Shown here piece by piece: positions 1-11,039 of a stretch of 64,000 nucleotides of DNA. The stretch covers positions 7,378,001 through 7,442,000 of the forward strand of contig NC_134031.1 of NCBI RefSeq assembly GCF_964204645.1. Reading direction: 5' to 3'. The notes beneath the pieces are model-generated. The model ran no database searches, was not told where the DNA came from, and saw only the letters and a program-made list of their open reading frames with translations. Numbering within the stretch: the stretch's first letter is position 1; the number at the start of each line of letters is the position of its first letter. This DNA comes from Tubulanus polymorphus (taxonomy: Eukaryota > Animalia > Nemertea). The position numbers and the translations under genes are program-made.

Positions 1-350
1 AGCCTGTTACACCCTTGTTACAGGGTGTTACATAGCGTTACACATATTTCACTTTTAGTTACAGGGGTTTCACATGGTGTTACGGGGCGTTACAGCCTGT
101 TACACCATTGTTACAGGGTGTTACATAGCGTTACACATATTTCACTTTGAGTTACAGGGGTTTCACATGGTGTTACAGGGCGTTACAGCCTGTTACACCA
201 TTATTACAGGGTGTTACATAGCGTTACACATATTTCACTTTGAGTTACAGGGGTTTCACATGGTGTTACAGGGCGTTACAGCCTGTTACACCATTGTTAC
301 AGTGTGTTACATAGCGTTACACATATTTCACTTTGAGTTACAGGGGTTTC
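1..350. repeat. 93-bp tandem repeat (about 3.8 units in window, truncated at left edge) built from recurring GTTACA motifs
   Basis: AGCCTGTTACACC recurs at 1, 94, 187 and 280. ORF 74..499 is just this repeat translated. Confidence 0.95.
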
Positions 351-858
351 AGACTTTTATTGCATTAGGATATTTGCATTCTTTGACAGTTTCGCAAAGT
401 AGATTATATGAGGTTACAACGCGAAAATATCCTTTTGGCTTTCCAAAAATGAAGTACGACCTAATGTTACATGTTACTTGTAACTTGATGGGAAGTTAAG
501 CATTTCTCTGTCCCATTTTAAGCCTTATATAGAAATCACCAGAACATAATTCTTCAGTATCTTCACTAGATAATCTATCTTCACCGATAATCATACATAT
601 ATATGAAATTATTAGAGAAATAGGGAATATATGTTTTCATATCAGAGGTTGAAGAGGAGAATTAGAAAATATGAAAATATTTAATGAAACTATCATATAC
701 CAACGTATTTACTAGACAGATTTCATAGATTACGAACCATGATTTTTGATTATATATATTTTCATATATCACTTTTATGCTTATATTCTATCCCTTTTTT
801 TCTGTACCGTATATATGCTGTGTGATATTACTCACTAGATCATTCTTTTTATTTACAG

Positions 859-3579
859 AAAATGTTATGTACCTGCAGAGCAGAATACTGGTCTGGCATG
901 GTTTTCAGAAGTTGTGCCGCAATTTTCCGGGCTTGTTTTTAATGACAAAGCCAGTGGATTATTTAGGGATCATCTGTTCACCAAGTGTGAGGTAACTATT
1001 TTCATCATAATATGACTTGGTTCACCAACAATGTACAAATAGGTGTATGAATTAGTCCTATTCTAGCTAATCTATTTCTAGAACATGAGTCTGAAATATT
1101 GCCATTTTTCACTGATATTCTCTTTAACTTTTGTCATTTAACTTATATTCAATGTTATTTCGATTGTAGTGCCAGATTGCAGTTAGTCTTTTTTTATATC
1201 TTATTGGTTTGTTGCATGGTCTTTCCTTACAGGCATTTCAGTCAATGCAACATAAAAAACTTCAGCTTTCTCACATTGTTGGGCAGCAAAACAAGCCAGT
1301 GTGGGTTTTAGGCCCTGATCTACAAGTGGACTCTAGTGGTGATAGGATAGCCATCGAAGACCAAGAGTACTTCTGGTTGGGGTGTGTATGCATTTTGTTT
1401 TCTGTCTGTTGAGTCATAGTGTAATGTACTGACTTGCAGATTGATGTTTTGATGTTTTTCTTCCAGTTATAATAAGAATGTCTTGTTAAACCCGTGCCCG
1501 GTAACACTTGGTGGCCAGGAGGCTCTTGAACGCGTGTGGGGGTTGGCCCCCGATGGAAAAAACAGAGTGCCGTACCTCTTAACTATGGCTGCAGCAGCTA
1601 CAGCTCTTCATTCAAGGACACTGCGTTCGAAATATGGTGTTCAACCAACATTCATCCTATTTTCAAAAGAAACAGGGACTGGTGAGTACTGCATGAAATA
1701 TGTTTTCAAAATTGAATAGGTGATTATGATTGTGTTCAATGATTCTACATTCTTTATAGGGAAAACAACAGCTATGACAGCGGCACTGTCAATGTGTGGC
1801 GCAATGCATAACATTTTTTCGAATGCCACCTCCACCGCCTACATTTTGCAAAAGGCAGCTAATACCACATTGCCGATTGGATATGATGACTGCTCGTCAG
1901 CTAAAATACAAGAAAATGTATCGGTGGCATTTTTTGATGGAAAGAACGCGGGGACGAAATCATCTGGAGAACTATCTGTACAGGCAGGCGTCCTCATTAC
2001 CACAAATCTCGAGACAGCGCCTAGTGCCAGGTATGAATTTTGTTGTACATACATGTACTAATGTCTGTGATATGTTTATTGACTTTACATGTATAGCTTA
2101 AGTCATTCCCTTTTTTTATTGCAGACTATCAGATAGAACCATTTTCATCCCATTTTTTCGATGTGAGAAAATGATGTCAGACCCAATTGCCGTCCAGGCC
2201 GTCATCAGGAGATCAGACCAGGCAATTGATCTGATGATTGCCCTATACGACGTAGTAATTAGTGATCGGGCAGAAAATGTCATACAAAAGTTAACCAAAC
2301 TAACACGTGAAGTACTAGGATTACGAACAAGAGTTTGTTATAATTACGCAATCTTGTTATTCATAACAAAAATGGTAAGATTTTCTTCGTTAACGCCAGC
2401 ATAATATTATTGGTTGGAATTTCTACCATTATAATTTCTTATTTTAGCTATGTAAACGTCTACCGATCGAATTTGAAGATGTGAAAACTTTCCTTAAAGA
2501 TTCCTGGAAGGAAAAACTTGCACATGTGTATGCCGGTAATGAATCAACAATTCAACTGTTTGCGCATAGGCTAATCAAAGAAAAAGAAAAGGTAAATTAA
2601 TATACCGTATATGCTATTGATTTTATCGAGTTGATTGATAAGTAAGTTGAATTCGAACGTTGTTTTTGTTTTCACAGATACGCAGATACACATGATTTGT
2701 GAAATCTAGAGGCCAAGAATGCCTTGCGGTCAATTTGACAGAAATGCCTCCCATGAGGGCGTAGATATAGCCCGTTTGAGGAGGATGACAGAAGAATGTG
2801 GTGGCAGGAATAATGCTGTTGTTCAAATGCCAAGTAAGTATGAATAAACTATATATCAAGTATAATGAATGCTATTATGTATGACTGTCTATCATTTCAT
2901 TTTTACTTTTTAGCGGGATATAACGGTGATACAAGGGCGAAAAGATGCTCACTTATACCTTGTTCATCATTTGCAGAGAGCATTTTGATAAAAATTAATA
3001 AAGGTAAGATAAAGAATTCACAGGCATACTTATCGATATCTAAATTAGTATTTTTTCTATTCTTTTACTTGTATATTTTCAGTGCATGAAAGTGAATATG
3101 CTTCGTCTGAAAATGACTCAAACGATGAAAATGAGATAATGAATTCTGAGAACGAGAATGTAAGGCATGGAGACGATGAAGATTTGCAAAATAGCGTTGG
3201 CGAGAATGAACCGCAGGATGACGAGAATGAACCGCAGGATGACAAGAATGAACCACAGGAGGACGAGAATGAACCGCAGGAGGACGAGAATGAACGACAT
3301 GGGGACGATGAATTGCAAAATAGCGTTGGCGAGAATGAACTGCAGGAGGACAATGATGATCAATCACAAAGCATTGTGGACGAGCTAGAAAGACTGAATG
3401 TTGTTGAGGTAGCAACTACTGATATCTGTCCACCGGACCTTTGAACAACTATGACAGGACAGATGATACAATGCGATAGATGTAATCAATGGAACCATTG
3501 GAAATGTATTAAAATGACCCGTACAGATTACAAGGCTGCTTGCGTACCGGGACACTGTTTCGTATGTGTGAGATGCTAG
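859..3579 (+). pseudogene. Spliced gene (5' end not located, probably outside window) encoding SF3/DUF927-like P-loop ATPase/helicase + acidic linker + PHD finger; lightly pseudogenised
   Basis: GT-AG exons 859-991, 1233-1381, 1467-1681, 1760-2030, 2125-2374, 2448-2591, 2678-2833, 2914-3003 and 3083-3579, phase-compatible except 2678-2833. Spliced protein has Walker A (FILFSKETGTG|KTT), Walker B (LPIGYDD), motif C (VLITTN), LSDR (candidate Arg finger) and C-terminal C-x4-[TGA]...CDRC-x4-H-x2-C...CVRC. Lesions: TGA at 2693-2695, 1-nt frameshift near 2750, TGA at 3442-3444. Confidence 0.8.
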
Positions 3580-3580
3580 A

Positions 3581-4170
3581 TGTCAAATGCATTACAATCA
3601 TTCACAGGTGTAAATTATATTACTATGCGACATTATATTACATTTTTTTACATGTTTTTTTGTGAATTTGTATTAATTTTAAAATACTCAGAAATCATTG
3701 TTTTTTATCAGGGTTTTGTACCCTATACTACTTCTAATACCCTTCTGTTATTTATCATTTACACATTCCTACAATCACCATATAACTGTGCATAATTTAC
3801 TGTCCTAGATTTTAATTACTAAACATATCTGTGCATTACCTGTACATATTCCTTCATTTGTTAGTATTTGAATTTTCACTGTTATAATTAAATTGTCAAA
3901 TGCACTACAATCATTCAGAGGTGTAAATTGCATTACATTATACTACTATGCGACATGTTTTTTTGTGAATTTGTTTTAATTTTAGTTTGCTCAGAAATCA
4001 TGTTTTTATCAGGGTTTTGTACCATATGCTACTTCTAATATTTATCATTTAGACATACATTCTTACAATTACCTTATATACTGCATAATTTACTGTCCTA
4101 GATTTAAATTACTAAACATTTCATTTGTGCATTACTTGTACATATTCCTTCATTCTTTGAATTTTCATTT
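3581..4170 (+). repeat. About 310-bp direct tandem duplication downstream of the helicase-PHD stop codon
   Basis: TGTCAAATGCA(T/C)TACAATCATTCA(C/G)AGGTGTAAATT at 3581 and 3894, colinear thereafter; partial third copy near 4220. Confidence 0.85.
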
Positions 4171-4370
4171 TATCACGTGTCATTTCTAATAATCATAATT
4201 ATCATCAATTACTGTGCAAATTTTACTGTCCTACATGTATAATCATATTACTCACTAATTAAATACACATTGCATACCTACCTACGTACTTCAATCTTCA
4301 TTTATTTTTCAAAAGTTGCGTTCTTTTTTGGTAAATTCATACGGATTGCTTCATACAGTGGAACCCCATT

Positions 4371-4890
4371 ACTATAGATTACTATGCGTTATGTCTCATT
4401 ACTTCATATTACTATAGATTACTATGCGTTACGTCTTATTACTTCATATTACTATAGATTACTATCCATTACATGTTATTACTTCATATTACTATAGATT
4501 ACTATCCATTACATGTTATTACTTCATATTACTATAGATTACTATCCATTACGTCTTATTACTTCATATTACTTTAGATTACTATCCATTACGTCTTATT
4601 ACTTCATATTACTATAGATTACTATCTATTACATGTTATTACTTCATATTACTATAGATTACTATCCATTACATGTTATTACTTCATATTACTATAGATT
4701 ACTATGCATTACATGTTATCACTTTATATTACTATAGATTACTATCCATTACATGTTATTACTTCATATTACTATAGATTACTATCCATTACGTCTTATT
4801 ACTTCATATTACTATAGATTACTATGCGTTACGTCTTATTACTTCATATTACTATAGATTACTATGCATTACATGTTATTACTTCATATT
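4371..4890. repeat. 40-bp minisatellite (13 units) made of four 10-bp AC...ATT subunits
   Basis: Unit ACTATAGATT-ACTATCCATT-ACATGTTATT-ACTTCATATT repeated in exact register. Confidence 0.97.
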
Positions 4891-5306
4891 GCTGGACAAT
4901 ACTACGTTACTGTCACACCACACTATATCAGATTAAAATACAATACTTTTCTACTGAAAAAATTTCATTCGCATTCAATATCACTTGAATTACTTATATT
5001 ACAGTAATATGAAAAAAGTTTTAAGCTTTTTCCCCCCTATAATGAGCCTTATATAGCGTATGCAGGCTGAATCTCTATACTTTTAATCATTTGAAATTAT
5101 CATAAGTCACTTTTTGCCTTCCTTGGTCTATTACTTGTAATAAAAAATGCATACGAAACTCCCTTAATTTCACGGATATAACGTGTATATATTTCGAAAT
5201 GCAAAATAAATTCAGTCAGATTCATTCTTCGCCATGATTCGACCTCATTGCAAAGCCCGTGTTTTTCCGAAAAACTTTTGAAGCAATAGCCAATAAGTCA
5301 ATGGAA

Positions 5307-5500
5307 AACGTTCGTAAAACGTAAGTCGTAATTCGTAAAACGTAATTGTGTAAGACCTTAACCTCGCGCGACATACGAAATGCAGGAGGCACATATGGTA
5401 ATTAGTTAACCTAACTCGTAATTAATTTGCAAAAAACGTAACTCGTAATTCGTAAAACAACGTAATTCGTAAAACGTAATGTCGTTTCAGGGCTTCCATG
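5307..5500. mobile_element. Probable right terminus of a TIR DNA transposon (IS3EU-like) with CGTAA subterminal repeats
   Basis: Clustered CGTAAAACGTAA/CGTAATT motifs ending in GGGCTTCCATG (5490-5500). This resembles the GGGCTTCCGTA end of the mini-element at 23582-23638. Confidence 0.5.
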
Positions 5501-6315
5501 CAACATAGTGAACATACCGGTACAGAAAATGCAGTAAGCAAAATGTAAAGCAAGCAAAATCAGACGGAAAAATATATCGGTGCTTGCGAAATTAATGAAA
5601 TAATCGACCTGAAATTGAAAATCTCACCGAAAATGTTGGTCCGCTCAACGACCTTGAAAATGTTGGTCCGCTCAACAACCTTGAAATATTCAATTTTCGG
5701 TGATGACGACACCGCGAAACGTCGAAACGAAAATTACCAAGAAATGGAGTAATTTCGGGTATACACGACATAACAACTCATACCAATGAGCTTTTCATAT
5801 ATTTTATTCACTTATTTACCAAGAAATGGTACGTAATTTTGTTAGAAAGTATGAGAAAAGTTTAAAATCTGGAGATAAATAAACTGCTTATCATAATTGT
5901 TGGAATAACTACCGAAAGAAACCTTCCCAAAATTTGGATTGCCAGCACATTCACTCTAAACCGTTCTAGGCCAATATATAAAACGTACCGGTATTGAATT
6001 AGTCATGGCCCTAAGTAAATATTTCTTGGGTGAATCTAGTTGCCTAAATCTGACTAATATTAGTATATTAGTAATTATTAGTAATATTAATAATATTAGT
6101 CTGTAGTGAGAGCCCCATCCGTAAACAGTTTCAAATCTAGCTAGGCTAGGCCTACACATTATTTAAGGGAGGGATCTGGAGTGTCTATGTCAGTCCTAAA
6201 GTAAACTTATCTTAAACTTATGGCCATAAGTTTTTTACCACAAACATTTAGAGCCACGCACGCCGCATAAAATTAACGAAACTACAAATTCTGAATGGTG
6301 AACAGACCCATCCAG

Positions 6316-6748
6316 CGGTCATCCTTATTACCGAGATGACGTATTTTACCGAGATGAACCGAGATCAACCGAGATGAAATAAAATATAACATATTTATTT
6401 ATTCCTTATCGATTTTAACACTTGAAATCATATTAGATCAGTAATAAATGCCTGCTGGAGTCATATTTTACATATTTTGTCGGATATTTTTGTAGAAAAA
6501 TAACTTAACTTTACCGAGATGAGATCGTCGATCAATCAAATTCAATGAAATTTTATTGCTAACCGAGTTTACGTATTTGAAGTCAAAATTTTTTTTTAGA
6601 AAAAAAATATGTAAAATATGATTCTAGAAGGTATTTATTACTGATATAACATGATTTCAAGTGTTAAAATCGATAAGGAATATATAAATATGCTACATTT
6701 TATTTCATCTCGGTTCGTCTCGGTTCATCTCGGTAATAAGGATGACCC
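6316..6748. mobile_element. Near-palindromic MITE (about 430 bp) with 8-9 bp TSD
   Basis: TIR GGTCATCCTTATTACCGAGATGA / TCATCTCGGTAATAAGGATGACC, with arms complementary over most of the length. Flanked by (C)CCATCCAG on both sides. Confidence 0.9.
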
Positions 6749-7382
6749 CCATCCAGGGCCTCAAACATCTAATCTTCAAGTTCAAGTTCAAGTTACCTAA
6801 TTATTGGTGGGAAGCTTGTATAGGCTAAATTGGATTAGTGGGTTTCAACGTGGTGTGAAAATATCCGATCGTGAAACTAGGCCTAAACCACAAAGAAGCC
6901 TAGGAAACTTATACACTCATTTATTCATTCATCATTCATTCATAAAGATGCTTTTTGACTACTAAGTGACCACTTTTTGGAGCGTGCAGGAGTAAATGGA
7001 TCATAGGCCAATGGGCTTGGGATACAGATCCTGGGGTTATAAAAACAAAGTTTGTTAGGTTTTTATGATGTTGCCTTTTGTGGAGCCAGCGGCCATTATC
7101 TTTTTAAACGTATCAGTAGCGAAACAATTTTTCTCTGATTTACTGCAGAATGATAAGGCGTGATGCTGTTGGATCCACTTTCAGTACTGAGTGACAAGTG
7201 AGTTCGATACCTGCTGGCTGCAAACAGTGTACGGGCAACACTTCAAAGGCCGTACCGTCGTGAGGTTAAATGAATAATCCAATAGGCCCTAGAGGATAGT
7301 CTTGGGAAACCAAGATCCAAGCGACATAAAGCCAAAAACAAACAAACAACTCGAAACACCTATTATCAATAACCCCAGGAAC

Positions 7383-10300
7383 TGTGGGATTTTACGGTCC
7401 CAAACCCGGAGCTGTAATAGATTGCTTGACGAATACAGAACCGAACGCTGTGAATTCTATACTACAACTGACTCTTTATTGTTCTCAGCCATCGATTTTA
7501 TCTGCATAATCTTTGAGAAAAATTTCATTGTACTCACGTTCCTCTTGATCGTTTCCGCACGGTATAGTAAAGACATTTTTCCTGACAAACTCTGTTCCTG
7601 TTGAATACTATCCGTTTCACGCATATTAGATGACTCGATAAGATCCGACTTGACCGTTACTGAGTTGAGAACATTTCTGACCTTCAGTTCAAGAGGTCCT
7701 GAGATAACGCATCCCAATACTGTGCTGAACAATCGGTGTTGTATCACAAGTAAGTTCTCCCTCTTAGAACAAATAAGCAAATTCCTGACCTAGCAGGTGG
7801 ACGACTGATAATCCCTCTCCACTGAAATTGTCTGCCAATTCCAGATTCGCGATATGTGGTAGCTTCGTAGCTTCGATCCATCCGCTTTGATTGATATCGG
7901 TAACAATCCGATCTTTGACTAAAACGTCCACGACAATCCAACCTATTTTGGTTCTGACTTTAAGGTTCTACTACGTCGTACCATTGAGCTTGTGTCAAAT
8001 GAACTCCGAATCCATGTACTTCTCTCGACTTTTTGCCGATGATCAACAATCCCAAACTGTCGACTACTTTAAGGGTCACGTACGTATCATGACTACCTCG
8101 ATCCAGCAACAGTCCCTGATTATGTAACTGTTTACTGTTGTCGATATTACCCAAAGTAACATCCGTGCCTGTCGAAACTGTGCTGGTCATTTCCGGTGTG
8201 ACGGACGACACTTCAGACTGTCCCCTGTTGCCTAATAGCACAACTGGCACGTTCCTTTCAGATATGGTTAACATTTGCTGTTTTGTTTGATAGCGATTCT
8301 GATTATGATTTTCTCCTCTGTTATTGTCCAATGAACGAAAGTATTCGTGCAGACTGGTATAATGCCTTCGTTTGCATTCTCGACATTCTGTTTTACGTTG
8401 GTTAGTTCCTAAGCAATTGAAGCATTTTTGTTCTTCACTAACCCTCATACCTCTTTCCGCTGGGGATAGAGGACATTCCCATGTCTTGTGGTTCCCTGAA
8501 CAGATTCTACAACTGGTATCCTGTGTGTAGGCTACCAGCCCCTCCACAGTCCCGGTTCTCGGTCTGATATTTGATTGTTGATGTATTCTGTGATTATGGT
8601 TCTGTTCCTGATTGCCTCTCTCACCAATATTATCTAGTTCCTCCGTGAACGCATTCATGAATTTTTCGATGTTAAATTTTGTCGTTTGGTCACAGGTCCC
8701 CATACGATCTAGGATTGGCTTAGGAATTTTCCATTCCAAAATTGGTACAAGTAACGCCGAGCACTCTGTACTATCTTCCAAATTCTCAAGAGATCAAACG
8801 TATCCGTTCACGGTGAATAGAAATTGGTTCAAGGCTGTATAATTGTTAGCTGGTGGGGTGAGGTCCAAAATTTCGTTGACGTGGCGCGAATTACTTTTCT
8901 CAGTTGTCTAAATTTGTCCTTTAAAATTGATACGATTGTTGGTCTACTATCCTCATTGTTTGATTCGGTTTTTGTTGTGTTCGAATCTAGGAATGCTTTT
9001 ATTCGCATCAGCGTCACCCTCTGTTCGGTCCGCAATTTTTTAGATGTTGATATTTCGTTAGCATATTTCGTTCCTTTATAGATAGAGCTTCGATTTTGTC
9101 ACTTAAATCAAGACATGTCTCGTATGTATCTCTCATTTCCTCCATTCTCGCCTCGAGCTCGGAGAAATCTTCCGTTGAATGCGTTTTTAGCCTACTTGGG
9201 ACTTTAGTCCCAGCGGGCTATTGCGTTCACTTTTCGTCCGTCGTCCGTCCGTTCGTCTGTCCGTAGACGGAATCCAGTTATTTTGGGAAGTTTTGAAGAC
9301 GCTTCAAGGTAATGTCTTGATATTTGGTTTATGCATGTATCTACTTTTTCACACACATTTCAGCCCAAAAACTGGCCCTGTCAGAATCAAGATGGCCAAC
9401 TGGCAGCCATTGTTGTTAGCCAAAATCAGCACTTTTTACACGTTTTTGAACTTTTTGAGGGAAATTTTGAAGACGCCTTGATCAATTACCTTGATCTTTT
9501 GTAAATATTTGAATCCCCCAGGGGCCCATCACCATAAGAAAAATTGGGTCGATCGGACTCAAGATGGCCGTCCTATGACCTTTTTAGTGCCCAAAAATGT
9601 AAATTTTGGCCCGAATTCTGAGTCCTGTAGCTTCCTACTGGTTTGCCATTTCTCATTGCAATTAGTGATGGGTATTCTTTGGAAACGAAAGTTTTATACC
9701 TGAGACAGGTATTTTTTATCAGCCAATTATGGCACAATTGGCGGCCATCTTGGTGTCATCAGTACTCATTTGTAGGTGGGAAAAAGTTTTTCCACATTGT
9801 GTTGATAACTAATTTGTTACCACAATTAATTAGAAAGTTGTAGCCTATAACGTGTTCTATGATTTTGGTTTTTGTATATGGCCACCAGGGGGTGATGAAT
9901 AATACAATAACTTAGTATTTCTATATTATGTTCCTTCCTATGCATATTTTGTTACCACAATCAATTGCAAAGTTGTAGCTCATGACATCGTCTATGATTG
10001 TGGTGAGTTTTAAGGACATTAGTTATTCTATGTCATCACAAGGGGGCGTTGAATCGTACAATAACTTAGTATTTCCTTATTAGATTGGTACCTAGGCATA
10101 TTTTTGTTACCATGATCAATTGCAAAGTCGTAGTTCATGACATGGTCTATGATTGTGATGAGTTTCAAGGTCATTGGGTTTCGCATATGGTCACTGGGGT
10201 GCGTTGAATAGTAGAATAAGTTAGTATTTCCATATTAAATTCGTAACAAGGCATATTTTTTATCACAATCAATTACAAAATCATAGCTGCTGACATGTTC

Positions 10301-10733
10301 TATGATTGTGGTGAGTTTCAAGGTCATTGGTTTTTGTATATGGTCACCAGGGGGCGTTCAATATTGAAATTGGTAGATTGTTGAGCATTTGAAACGACTT
10401 CCCAAGTGGGCATGGTGTCCCTGAACCCCTAGTTTTCTTCGTAATCTTGTCGATTGCCGAATACTCCTCATCGAATAACCCTTGAAGGGTTGTCCGTTTT
10501 GTTTTGAGTGAAACTAAGTCTTCCATCGCCTTGTGTTATCCTGGTCATGGCACCATGTGGGATTTTACGGGCCCAAACCCGGAGCTGTAATAGACTGCTT
10601 GACGAATACAGAACTGAAAGCTGTGAATTCTATACTACAACTGACTCTTAATTGTTCTCATGAAATGTTACAGTGCTAAAGGTCGACTTGGGTCGCTTCA
10701 ATGGGGTCGACTTAAGGTCGTCTGTCTCTGACA
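7383..10733 (-). mobile_element. BEL/Pao LTR retrotransposon, internally deleted (gag + protease retained; RT/RH/IN lost)
   Basis: 5' LTR 10556-10733 (TG..CA); 105-bp remnant of 3' LTR at 7383-7487; 5-bp TSD GGAAC; PBS TGGTGCCATGACCAGG (tRNA-His-like) adjacent to 5' LTR. Gag starts at 10526; Cys-His knuckles CRICSGNHKTWEC / CFNC...CRECKRRH; protease-like LLLDRGS; TVLGCVISGP motif. Confidence 0.9.
9184..10434 (+). mobile_element. Helentron-associated non-autonomous element (HINE/DINE-1-like), family A copy 1, inserted in BEL gag
   Basis: Starts TTTTTAGCC, subTIR (C)ACTTGGGA...TCCCAAGTGGG, (GTCC)n microsatellite, about 154-bp central tandem repeats, ends CCCCTAGTT; inserted at a T-run with no TSD. 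Confidence 0.85.
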
Positions 10734-11039
10734 GGAACTGTATCCCATGCCCATCAGCGAGTGCCTGCGAATCGATGTACATAGAAATTAGTTAACCTTG
10801 TCCCTAATATTAAATCGGCAATAGGTCTTGCCTAAACGTGATGAACCATCAAAAGATAATTTGTCTTTTGGTGGTTCATCACATTTAGGATTTGGTTAAT
10901 TATTAAAATAAAATGTGGATACCATTTAATGAATCAATTTGATAGAAATGAGTGGATTGTCCACATTAGTTATCTTAAGTGACCTGATTGAGGCCTACCA
11001 CAATAGGAATTCCATAATTTTTGTTGAAATATTTAATTA

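Noticed and set aside
74-499. 141-aa ORF with 31-aa repeats
   Set aside because: It is the translation of the 93-bp tandem repeat; there is no independent coding evidence.
3057-3415. Overlapping minus-strand and alternate-frame ORFs (Ser-, His- or Arg-rich)
   Set aside because: These are shadows of the 21-bp acidic coding repeat on the + strand.
4371-4890. CRISPR-like regular array (also 23144-23338 and 37128-37808)
   Set aside because: Units are head-to-tail with no unique spacers, there are no cas genes, and the context is eukaryotic.
5628-5685. Short two-copy duplications (also 56031-56081 and the roughly 80-bp repeats at 13785-14000)
   Set aside because: Ordinary local slippage duplications with no further structure visible.
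9221-9843. ORFs inside the HINE copies (also 49673-49885)
   Set aside because: The frames are not preserved among the four copies.
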